From a virus, in IMG/VR virus record IMGVR_UViG_3300037483_000453, positions 64,001 to 128,000 of that record: DNA of 64,000 nt; one strand, given 5' to 3'. Positions 38,401 through 45,683 of the stretch are shown piece after piece; position 1 is the stretch's first letter; each line of letters starts with the position of its first letter. The position numbers were made by a program, and so were the translations under genes. The notes under the pieces were generated by a model that was not told the DNA's origin, searched no databases, and saw only the letters and a program-made list of their open reading frames with translations.

Positions 38401-38568
38401 GCAGTCATCCAAGGCGTGCTCGGGCTGCTCGTTGAAACAGGTGTGCTTATTGGCGGCACCCTCAACAACATCATCCAGGACGAAGACGCACCAGACACGG
38501 TGCTTATCGACGTTACTCTGGATGTTCCGTTCCCCGCAAACTACATTAGGCTCACGTTGGTTATCTGA
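35467..38568 (+). CDS. Contractile tail sheath protein with large insertion domains
   Basis: N-terminal PGVEIIQE; C-terminal VVDYAAKFMRASLRNFIG...DTVLIDVTLDVPFPANYIRLTL, typical of the sheath C-domain. Confidence 0.9.
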   Translation: MAAELPQPGVEIIQEFRSVTPTILTPTLVPCTIGVAKQIVDLLVDDGSGSSSLNTDAIVSMPGSIVSLPGAGDPVVYGGLDGLTLAVSINNGPAVSTVFADPTASGLTPATIVSQISAAFTAAGVTAALVEVVGDTTWQMRTVGVGEFQFIDVASTTGAAVASAFGIGIGRRYQGISNYNNLIVVVPQAAFPDPRGNLDELAIENSTIQVFVGVGNGGFREALRDSAFLSNGSAQVPAVTTEGTVDLVLAFPAITTETLEVKVNGGATQTVTFSTPANAAAVLSQITGQVTGLVPTLGTGTPDGLVLTSVVLGAAASIEIVGGTALTPLGLIAETVVGTSLEAIDDGNGDAVTSLVRFEGADFTAAPTAAVVTGSGGTFVLVTGGTLIVSDGNQIQTITLVAGDALAAVVTKINAVMGAGAGGRLVAADAGGELELTHTILGTDSYIDIRGGTAVTELGLTVGVTYGPTPSLPKPGDELWIDGIFLGEVSEVAPGGDVDVLRVSVQSTITANLGTYYHLVAKRLDGLDPLRPAADLIVDGNGNAVLKHEQLRNTPQGDAITATGPIYLSYVAVRKDVTSSAKQPGLLRFDDTTQLEAALSPINAENPLALGLFFSLLGAPGIQCTGLGVDAVSADSPFGTVEAFTRAAEYLEGYEVYALAPLSHEETVHQVFASHVSALSSPELKGERVVLVNPSVPTYRVDTLVASGTDGATVGPTGLSFDTKVANLSALIQAQGISPVGTIPASKNLFLDIGSDAKHYSIATVTGSIVGLRVTFASGENDDAYFSTTDLNDPPLGAALVDEAFSIKVRGLPLQTAAGKDFTGIAETVAAVGRSYSNRRLWMTFPDQCAASIGGIEQIIDGFYINAAVAGMIGQNPPQQSFTNFPIPGFTRVLGSNDTFNASQLNIMAGGGSWIYVQEAQGAPLLSRMALTTDLTSIETRTDSITKVVDYAAKFMRASLRNFIGRFNITQGFLDSLGAVIQGVLGLLVETGVLIGGTLNNIIQDEDAPDTVLIDVTLDVPFPANYIRLTLVI

Positions 38569-38632
38569 AATGATACTTCGTATGTAAAGTGAAAATGAGG
38601 GCCTACTCAACGTTGTTGGAACGGCTTAAGCC

Positions 38633-39073
38633 ATGAACATAGGATACATACGGAAGGTAGCTGAGCTAGAACGAGGCAGGAGTGCGCTTGATGAGCTCAC
38701 TGCTGGGCCGACTACCCCTCTCGATGACGTGTTTTTGCACAAGGCTGCCAGTGCCGAAGACCCTGAGTTGCTTCGTATCGCTGAGCACATGGGTGGGGAC
38801 CCCCTTGCCAACTATGAAAACCTAGGTGGCACGTTCAAAAAGCAAGCGTTCGGTACGCCGATGTTCCAGGCATCTGCTGCACCAGATCCGGTTGTTCAAG
38901 CTGCCGGTGTAACAGCAGGGCTAAAGAGCCCCACATCTGCGCCGTCAGGGCCCAGACCACCTTCATCTAGGGGCTCTGCCATGGGTGGTGGTTCAAGCGT
39001 GCCGAGTTCGGTGCCGCAGCCAAGTGCACCCAGTATTTCAGGTGCGGCTGGCCAGGGTGCAGGGAGCCAGTAG
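38633..39073 (+). CDS. Small K-x-A protein with Pro/Ser/Gly-rich tail, between sheath and tube
   Basis: 146 aa with KVAE, KAAS, KQAF. Confidence 0.5.
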   Translation: MNIGYIRKVAELERGRSALDELTAGPTTPLDDVFLHKAASAEDPELLRIAEHMGGDPLANYENLGGTFKKQAFGTPMFQASAAPDPVVQAAGVTAGLKSPTSAPSGPRPPSSRGSAMGGGSSVPSSVPQPSAPSISGAAGQGAGSQ

Positions 39074-39101
39074 GGTATACTTACCCTGAGGAGATCGGAT
39101 C

Positions 39102-39887
39102 ATGGCAGGCAACTTCAGCGAATGGGCGCCCTATACCAACTATGTGCAGTCGGGCATGGTGGATGGAGCGTACGCCAATGCGGGCTTCACGATGTTGGCA
39201 GCGGGCCCCCCTCGCATTGCGAATATCGGGGGAGCAGCTAACCTGGCTTCTGCCACGAGTGGGGCTGGCACGGGGGCCGATCAAATCGTGCATCCCATCG
39301 GTATTGTGCAGAACTTCAATCTGTCACATACGCGCCAGTTCAGCCGAATCTTTGAGATTGGCTCAGAGCGTAGTTACTTCATCTCTGGTAGGGCTGTGGG
39401 CCAGCTTGGCCTAGCACGTATCTACTATCATGGTGCGTCGCTGTTGCGCGTCTTGTATGCGTATTACCAAGACTTGATCCCACCTACGCTGGTGCCAGCT
39501 ATGTGGCCCAACAGTGGTGCTGCAACGCAGAGCAATCCACACGATGTCATCATTCCACCGGGCTATGAGAACATCTACCTCAACTTGGCATCCGACCTGT
39601 TTGCACAGCCCATTGGCATCATGATGTACATCCGTGACATCAACCAGGACACCCTGGGTGCGATGTACTTTGAGGCGTGCTACCTGCCCAACCATTCGTG
39701 GCAGACCGATAGTCAAGGTGTGCTGATCCAGGAATCGGTGGCCGTACAGTTCGAGCGGGGGGTGCCTGTAGGTGTAAGCGCCCTGAGCCTTATTGGTGCT
39801 GCGGACCCCAACGCAGGTGGTGCGAATATCGCCGACACCTTCTTGCCATCAGGCGAGCAGAAGTTCGCTCTACCGAATGCAGGCTAG
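39102..39887 (+). CDS. Tail tube protein
   Basis: PIGIVQNFNLSHTRQFSRIFEIGS...YFEACY...ESVAVQFE tube-fold pattern, after the sheath; GAGGAG RBS. Confidence 0.82.
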   Translation: MAGNFSEWAPYTNYVQSGMVDGAYANAGFTMLAAGPPRIANIGGAANLASATSGAGTGADQIVHPIGIVQNFNLSHTRQFSRIFEIGSERSYFISGRAVGQLGLARIYYHGASLLRVLYAYYQDLIPPTLVPAMWPNSGAATQSNPHDVIIPPGYENIYLNLASDLFAQPIGIMMYIRDINQDTLGAMYFEACYLPNHSWQTDSQGVLIQESVAVQFERGVPVGVSALSLIGAADPNAGGANIADTFLPSGEQKFALPNAG

Positions 39888-39890
39888 TAG

Positions 39891-40259
39891 ATGGCTACTG
39901 CATTCTCATTGCAAGGCTCTTTCGATTACCCGCCTGATGATGGGGAGCCAGTTGCTAAGCGTCCCTACAGCCAGTCGGGTAGCTTCGACTCGAAGTCTGA
40001 GCAGGACCTCGATCTAACCGGCAGTGGTACCGTGGCAGTTGGTTTTGGTACCGTGGCTGCTGCCAAGGCTATGGTTGTTGAAGTGGCTACGACATCACTG
40101 GGGCCAGTCAATCTTCGCGTCAACGGTGGCTCGGATGACATCGAGGTGGCCCCGGGTGGCTTTTGGGCCTACTCAAATCCAGCACCAAGCGCCGGTGTTA
40201 CCTCTATGAGTATCGTCCACACGACGGATGCAAGGGTACAGGTTCGACTTCTAGGGTAG
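39891..40259 (+). CDS. Hypothetical beta-rich virion protein
   Basis: 122 aa following the tube gene. Confidence 0.55.
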   Translation: MATAFSLQGSFDYPPDDGEPVAKRPYSQSGSFDSKSEQDLDLTGSGTVAVGFGTVAAAKAMVVEVATTSLGPVNLRVNGGSDDIEVAPGGFWAYSNPAPSAGVTSMSIVHTTDARVQVRLLG

Positions 40260-40266
40260 GTGCAGT

Positions 40267-40647
40267 ATGCCGTTGCTGTTGGATGGAGGAGCGGCAGGGA
40301 CCGCACTAAGCGTCGTCCAACCGGCACTGTCTATGTTGGAGAAGTCTGTCATTGGCTCGGTCTTACTGCTTGCATTGGCAGCTGCTGTTGCTTCCATCAC
40401 GCTAGCTTTGCGCGTCCAAAATGCACGTGTGGCTGACCAGAAGGAAGCGTCTGAGCGCCTCGAGAAGACGCATACCAAGATGGTGGAAGCGTTTGGCAAG
40501 TTCAAGGGTACGCTTGAGTCTCTAGAGAAGTCAGAGGCGACGAGTCAGCAGGTACTGACATCGTTGGGCCGGGAGGTCTCCGGCTTGTCTGGCAGGGTGG
40601 ACCTGATGATTGCGATTAACGGTCAACAGCGGGGAGGTGGCACATGA
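40267..40647 (+). CDS. Membrane protein, holin-like (TM plus coiled coil)
   Basis: Hydrophobic VIGSVLLLALAAAVASITLAL followed by a heptad helix. Confidence 0.45.
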   Translation: MPLLLDGGAAGTALSVVQPALSMLEKSVIGSVLLLALAAAVASITLALRVQNARVADQKEASERLEKTHTKMVEAFGKFKGTLESLEKSEATSQQVLTSLGREVSGLSGRVDLMIAINGQQRGGGT

Positions 40648-40889
40648 TCGACGTAGTCCCCTCGTTCATTCTACGGTTGATGGGGAAAGCCCCTGAGCAG
40701 AAGGAGGCAGAGCGGCAGTTTCGCCGAAGTCTCGAGCAGCATGAGCAGTCCGAAAAAGACTTGGATGACATTCTAGGTAGGCTGCACAGCCTCAATATAT
40801 GGGCTAAGAAGAGTGTTGAGCACAACAGGTCCCTTGTGCCGCCAAGGTCCGACCACACCCCTATCCCTGGGTCCGTTACGGGTGGATGA
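40644..40889 (+). CDS. Small hypothetical protein
   Basis: 81 aa, ATGA overlap with GGAGG RBS. Confidence 0.45.
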   Translation: MIDVVPSFILRLMGKAPEQKEAERQFRRSLEQHEQSEKDLDDILGRLHSLNIWAKKSVEHNRSLVPPRSDHTPIPGSVTGG

Positions 40890-40925
40890 CTGGGCATGTG
40901 CTGAGTATTAAGGCACACTATTGCT

Positions 40926-41597
40926 ATGCCCTCTGACAGCAAACGGCCACCGCCTACTCCACTGCGGCCCAGCCAGCTGCAGCTAGCTAACAAGACCATG
41001 TCTCAGACGTTGGAGGACCTAACCGATCCCCACGGTCCCCTCTACCTGCTAGTTGCTGAAGTTAGGGCAGGCAACCAGCTCACAGTTGAGAGCAACAGGT
41101 TGGCTCTCTCCAATCAACGCCGGCTAAGCTTTGCCCAGGTTGGTCTGTTGCTATGCCTATGCGGTATTGGGTTGAGTGCTTGGTATGTGGACGAGACAGT
41201 GGTGAAGCTCAAGGAGCTGCAGGAGCTACAGGACCAGCAGGCCGAGGTGACCATGTCCTTTGTGAACCTGATTCAAGAAACTGAGGCTAAAGTTGAGGCT
41301 ACCCAGAAGTTGATCAACAGTGCCCCAAAGGTTATTTCAGATAACAAGGGCGGTCTCGTTGTGGTGGCCACTATTGCAGACTCTACCTCTATCGAGGTGG
41401 TAGATGTGCCCAAGGCTCCTAGGGGCCCAGTCAAGCGTACTACTGCTGGTGCTGCCAGGGCAGCTAACGGGTGGGATGAGGTACAGGATATGATTGACAA
41501 CACCGCCAGGGCGAAGAGCATCAGTGCGGGTAAGCCTCAGCTTGAGCAGCAGCTTCTTGAGATCCCGCTGCAGGTGAAAAAGGCTCAGATGAGATGA
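40926..41597 (+). CDS. Membrane-anchored coiled-coil protein
   Basis: TM FAQVGLLLCLCGIGLSAWYV followed by a coiled coil. Confidence 0.5.
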   Translation: MPSDSKRPPPTPLRPSQLQLANKTMSQTLEDLTDPHGPLYLLVAEVRAGNQLTVESNRLALSNQRRLSFAQVGLLLCLCGIGLSAWYVDETVVKLKELQELQDQQAEVTMSFVNLIQETEAKVEATQKLINSAPKVISDNKGGLVVVATIADSTSIEVVDVPKAPRGPVKRTTAGAARAANGWDEVQDMIDNTARAKSISAGKPQLEQQLLEIPLQVKKAQMR

Positions 41598-42118
41598 GAG
41601 CGCCTGATGCCGAACTCTTGGAGATCTACGGTACGGTCAAGGAGGCTGATGCCACAGTTTTGGCCGCCCGTATTGCTGCGGCTGTGCTGGGTCTTGGCCT
41701 CATGGAGGCTGACCGCGAGCATGTAGAAGAGCAGCGTGAAGAGGCAGCGATGCTGAATGACCTAGCGCGATACCAGGAAGCCAAGAAGATGAGGGCTATG
41801 GTCAGCGCTATGGAGATGGCTAAGTCTGCTGGTGTCACCATGGCGAGTATGCACAAGGAGGCTTTTGGAGCCTTCGTCGGTAAGGGCCTACAGAACGTGG
41901 CCAAAGCAAACAAGTCAGGGCCGTCTCTCGGCTCAGCGGCCGTCGGGGTAGTGAAGAAGGTGGCGCCAACGGTCGCTGTCCTAGGTGCCGGCTTGGCCGG
42001 GTACAAGGGGTTGTCTGCTCTACGCGACTATGCCAACACCCCGAAGAGCTCGGGCACGTGGGGCACCAAGCGCAGCTTGCGCCATAATGTCAATGAGTAT
42101 GGGCAACCTGCTTTGTAA
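41594..42118 (+). CDS. Putative internal virion protein with K-x-A sites and amphipathic C-terminal segment
   Basis: ELLEIYGTVKEAD...KSAG...KEAFGAFVGK...VLGAGLAGYK. Confidence 0.55.
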   Translation: MRAPDAELLEIYGTVKEADATVLAARIAAAVLGLGLMEADREHVEEQREEAAMLNDLARYQEAKKMRAMVSAMEMAKSAGVTMASMHKEAFGAFVGKGLQNVAKANKSGPSLGSAAVGVVKKVAPTVAVLGAGLAGYKGLSALRDYANTPKSSGTWGTKRSLRHNVNEYGQPAL

Positions 42119-42130
42119 CCTCGCTGTGGG

Positions 42131-42625
42131 TTACTTCAGCCACCAATAGGGCTCCATCCCATTCAGGGAAGGAGCTGCTGTGTCCGTGTCACGTTCTACC
42201 TTGGGTGCCTCTGCCCTCTGCACGGAAGGTGGAACTACCTCCCTACGACGTGCCACTTGACTGAAATCCAAAGTGGCACGGTCTAGTAACTCCATCTCAT
42301 TAGAGTTCAGGTCGTCCAGGCCGCGATTACTTGACACCAGTTCCTGGACTAGGCTTGCTACGCCGTCTTCGTACTTTTCTGGGTTTACCAGCAGGTCTTG
42401 CAGCAGTATTTTTGGATCTCGTAACAACGCGCTGAAGAGTCCGTCTCGCTTTGTCTCGTTCGGCGGCTGACTGACCCTTGCTACCAATGCGGAAAACGTC
42501 GGGAATGTCGGAGCGAGAAGCGCTAGAGATGGCGGCAAGTTGTTCGGAGGTGCAGAAGTTGGAGAGTGCACCCTTGACGGCAGCAAGCCGAACTTCCTCT
42601 GTAGCTCTTCGTATTTCATGGGCAT
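42131..42625 (-). CDS. Hypothetical protein
   Basis: 164 aa, convergent with the virion operon. Confidence 0.5.
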   Translation of the reverse strand: MPMKYEELQRKFGLLPSRVHSPTSAPPNNLPPSLALLAPTFPTFSALVARVSQPPNETKRDGLFSALLRDPKILLQDLLVNPEKYEDGVASLVQELVSSNRGLDDLNSNEMELLDRATLDFSQVARRREVVPPSVQRAEAPKVERDTDTAAPSLNGMEPYWWLK

Positions 42626-42797
42626 GTTCTATCAAAAATCTGGCTAATACAGCACTTGCAACCTGGGTGCAGCTTACCCTGCTTTGACCCCTGGTGTCTC
42701 GGTCATAGTCTATAACAACGAGATACTCACCCAGTAGCCGCCATGCTACGAGAGGCATGGTCAGTCGCTGGCGCCTTGTGACTGTATTCTCACTCAT
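42327..42797 (-). CDS. Hypothetical protein (possible ribbon-helix-helix N-terminus); overlaps the next gene by ~300 nt
   Basis: GGAGG RBS before ATG 42797; RQRLTMPLVAWRLL strand-helix pattern. Confidence 0.35.
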   Translation of the reverse strand: MSENTVTRRQRLTMPLVAWRLLGEYLVVIDYDRDTRGQSRVSCTQVASAVLARFLIEHAHEIRRATEEVRLAAVKGALSNFCTSEQLAAISSASRSDIPDVFRIGSKGQSAAERDKARRTLQRVVTRSKNTAARPAGKPRKVRRRRSKPSPGTGVK

Positions 42798-42915
42798 CGG
42801 GCCTCCAAAAAAAAATACAACTACATGCAGAGAGAAGAACACCGGGTCTTGATCTACGTATGACAGTGTCCTATAGGGTGTAGTTCACTACAACTCCCTT
42901 CGAAAGGAAACCAGG

Positions 42916-43596
42916 ATGGCATATACCAAGATGACGGTTACTGAGTTCAAGAAGAGGCTCAACAGTGGCCTCTATGAGGCCCCGGGCGGTGCCCGCCGTG
43001 CAATCGGCAAGGCTGACTTCGACGATGACACGAAAACCAAGTGTCACAAGGCAATCCTCAAGCACTTCGGTGAGGGGGCAGTCAAGCCAAAGGCGGCTAA
43101 GAAAGAGACCAAGAAGACCGCGGCAAAGGCGGTCAAGTCGGTAAAAAAGGCAGCCGCCAAACCAGTTGAGGCTGAAGCCCCAGCGTCCAAAAAGAAAGCT
43201 GCCAAGGGGACGCCCCGCGTGAAGAGGGCTGCAGCTTCTGTGCTGACGGTAGATGCAGCAGCTCTCGCAGACCTGCACCTGGCCAACGAGCGCATTGGCA
43301 CCATCATGCAGGCCATCGAAACCATGAAGGCCGCCAAAGAGGCTTACCCGGAACTTGATACCAGTGAGGGTGCTGCCGTTGCTGGTGCTGCTCTGACAGA
43401 TATCATGCAGAGTGTGCATAAGACCGTGAGGGGTGAGCAGCTGGAGCTGCCAGACCCTACCGTGCTGGAGAACCTGGCAAAGACTGCCCCGGCAGCACAG
43501 GGCCTGCCTGGGCATGAAAGCCCTGTGCGGGTGCCGGACAACTCAACGCCTGTTGTCCTACCTGCGGTCCGGCCCAGTCTCACGGGAGCTAGCTAG
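42916..43596 (+). CDS. Putative DNA-binding protein with histone H1-like K/A-rich linker
   Basis: AVKPKAAKKETKKTAAKAVKSVKKAAAKP...KKKAAK between folded N- and C-segments. Confidence 0.6.
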   Translation: MAYTKMTVTEFKKRLNSGLYEAPGGARRAIGKADFDDDTKTKCHKAILKHFGEGAVKPKAAKKETKKTAAKAVKSVKKAAAKPVEAEAPASKKKAAKGTPRVKRAAASVLTVDAAALADLHLANERIGTIMQAIETMKAAKEAYPELDTSEGAAVAGAALTDIMQSVHKTVRGEQLELPDPTVLENLAKTAPAAQGLPGHESPVRVPDNSTPVVLPAVRPSLTGAS

Positions 43597-44044
43597 CTCG
43601 AGCACCCGGGCGCCACAGTAGTCCCACGTGTTCCTCGTCAACTGAAATCTTGGGTTTACCCAGCACGTAGACATCACCACTTCTGGTGATTGGCAGTGTC
43701 CAACAACGTGCTCCGTGCTGGGATTCCAAGATAATCCGCACATAGTCTTCGCCCTGCTGTGCCCGCAGTAGGGCGTAAGCATTTGTGAGTTTGACCGCCT
43801 CAATGGTTGCCTGTTCCCAGGTGCCTGGGTCGACATCGAGCTCCCGTAAGACTGGGCCGGACACGTCAGTACCTCGGCTGTCTTGTACAGTGTCTGCAGG
43901 CCAGACGATAATGAAGGGATCGATGCGCTTCGTGCGCTTCCACGTCTCAGTTAGGCCCCGTACGCCCTTCTCAGCTTGTCGTATTAGGGCATCCCATATG
44001 AAGCGCTCTGATGTGTAGTACTCTTTGTCGTGCATGCGAGTCAC
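43589..44044 (-). CDS. Hypothetical protein
   Basis: 151 aa with globular composition. Confidence 0.55.
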   Translation of the reverse strand: MTRMHDKEYYTSERFIWDALIRQAEKGVRGLTETWKRTKRIDPFIIVWPADTVQDSRGTDVSGPVLRELDVDPGTWEQATIEAVKLTNAYALLRAQQGEDYVRIILESQHGARCWTLPITRSGDVYVLGKPKISVDEEHVGLLWRPGARAS

Positions 44045-44354
44045 TATGCTTCAGATGGCTATACCTTTTCAAGGGTTGCAAGAGGCCATACTATGCCGTG
44101 CTGACAGGATACGGCGTGGATGCATGTCTAACTCAGCCGTGGTCGGGCCAATAAATGGAGACCGCTTTGTTGTCACGGTCCGATGGACGAATCGCGACAA
44201 GAGTGAGGGCATGCACAGTGTAACACTGGCAGCAGCATCAGTGTTTATTCTCAATGGCCCCTTGGGGGCTAAACTGAAGAGGCCACCATGTCGGATCGTA
44301 GACAGCATCATCCAAGAGGTCCTCAAGAAGCGCGGACTCTCGAGGAGTTCATAG
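44025..44354 (+). CDS. Hypothetical protein (start uncertain)
   Basis: 109-aa ORF filling the gap before the kinase cluster. Confidence 0.35.
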   Translation: MSCMRVTMLQMAIPFQGLQEAILCRADRIRRGCMSNSAVVGPINGDRFVVTVRWTNRDKSEGMHSVTLAAASVFILNGPLGAKLKRPPCRIVDSIIQEVLKKRGLSRSS

Positions 44355-44524
44355 ACGACTTTGCGTCATTCATACGAGGCCAGCGTAGCGAGTATAGGTA
44401 TGACTCAGTAGCTGTAGATGACCCCATGCTAAGGGCAAGACTTCAAGGTCAGATTGCCACATGCAGAATTATGATGGCGTATCTGAACGACGCCAGAAAA
44501 CAGATCAAGGAGGGTACATGCTGA
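44288..44524 (+). CDS. Small hypothetical protein
   Basis: 78 aa, overlapping the kinase start. Confidence 0.4.
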   Translation: MSDRRQHHPRGPQEARTLEEFIDDFASFIRGQRSEYRYDSVAVDDPMLRARLQGQIATCRIMMAYLNDARKQIKEGTC

Positions 44525-45252
44525 TTGGCATCTCAGGGCCTTCGGGCTCAGGCAAAGATACGGCCGCCCAGTTTCTTGTCAAAAACCTCAACTTCGGGCG
44601 TATAGGCCTAGCTGACAGACTCAAGCGCGTTTGTAGAGATGTTTTTGAGTTCACGGATGAGCAGCTGTGGGGACCTAGCTCTTGTCGTAACGCGACCGAT
44701 GCACGTTACCCCCGTGACCACACCTACAGGAACTCCACAGTGTGCAGTTGCTGCGGGCTAAGTAGTAGCTGTCCTAAGCAGTGCTATCTCACACCCAGGT
44801 ACGCACTGCAGCAGCTAGGTACGGGATGGGGACGAGACTGCTATAGCACCTTATGGATAGAGGATGCTATGCGTGTTGCAAACACCCTCCTACAACATGG
44901 CGAATACACCTACTCTGCCCAGCAAGGACTGCAGGTCATGGGTGACACCTGTGGCAGTGACAGCCCCTGTTACCACGGAGTTAGTGGTGTAGCCTTTTCA
45001 GACATACGCTTTGACAATGAGATGAAGTCGATAAAGGCCGCAGGTGGTATGCTAATCCGACTGAAGAGGGCCACATCTTTGGCCGCCGATGCCGCCTTAC
45101 ATCAAAGCGAGATTGAGATGGCTAGCATACCTGATGCATACTTTGACGCGGTCATAGATAACCGCTCAAGTTCCACACTTGAGTATCTAGAGGCCACGGT
45201 GACTGAGGCTGTGGCAGCCTGGGCCGCACTGCAGTCTGGGGCATTCTTGTAG
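44518..45252 (+). CDS. Deoxynucleoside monophosphate kinase (T4 gp1-like)
   Basis: MLIGISGPSGSGKDTAA P-loop, LADRLK, TPRYALQQLGT..GRD, FSDIRFDNE, LHQSE; GGAGG RBS before ATG 44518. Confidence 0.88.
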   Translation: MLIGISGPSGSGKDTAAQFLVKNLNFGRIGLADRLKRVCRDVFEFTDEQLWGPSSCRNATDARYPRDHTYRNSTVCSCCGLSSSCPKQCYLTPRYALQQLGTGWGRDCYSTLWIEDAMRVANTLLQHGEYTYSAQQGLQVMGDTCGSDSPCYHGVSGVAFSDIRFDNEMKSIKAAGGMLIRLKRATSLAADAALHQSEIEMASIPDAYFDAVIDNRSSSTLEYLEATVTEAVAAWAALQSGAFL

Positions 45253-45292
45253 CTCTGGTAGTATCTTTCTGTAATCAACCCCGGCCTACACG

Positions 45293-45670
45293 ATGAACTT
45301 CACACTTACTCAAGAACAGTACGAGGCTCTCATTTTCCTGGCTCGCAAGGGCGCAGGCAGCAATGGGGCCAAGCAGTTGGAACTTGATTTCTTTCTGAAG
45401 GATATCGAGAAAACCAACGGCATTACACGCAGCTTCCTCTGGGTGCAGTGGCAAGAGTTGTCTGCTCCAGTACCAGCAGGTACAAGCTTTCCTACAAAGT
45501 GGCCCCCAGAGCTGCGAAGGGCTATCGAGTTCATTGCCCGGCCTGTTGCCAAGGTAGATGTAGAGCAGGTTCTAGAGAAATACGCGCAGCAGCCCACCAT
45601 TGTGCTGGTTACCAAGGACCCAGCAGCGCTCGTGGGGTGGACGCCCATTGATGACTTCTTCATCACATGA
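45293..45670 (+). CDS. Hypothetical protein
   Basis: 125 aa. Confidence 0.55.
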   Translation: MNFTLTQEQYEALIFLARKGAGSNGAKQLELDFFLKDIEKTNGITRSFLWVQWQELSAPVPAGTSFPTKWPPELRRAIEFIARPVAKVDVEQVLEKYAQQPTIVLVTKDPAALVGWTPIDDFFIT

Positions 45671-45683
45671 CTTGGAGCTCCCT

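Noticed and set aside
33186-40259. T6SS/eCIS/tailocin instead of a phage
   Set aside because: Terminase, protease, scaffold-like and major capsid genes are in the same region.
42807-42815. A9 homopolymer as a phase-variation tract
   Set aside because: It is intergenic, just upstream of an RBS on the minus strand; nothing shows variability.
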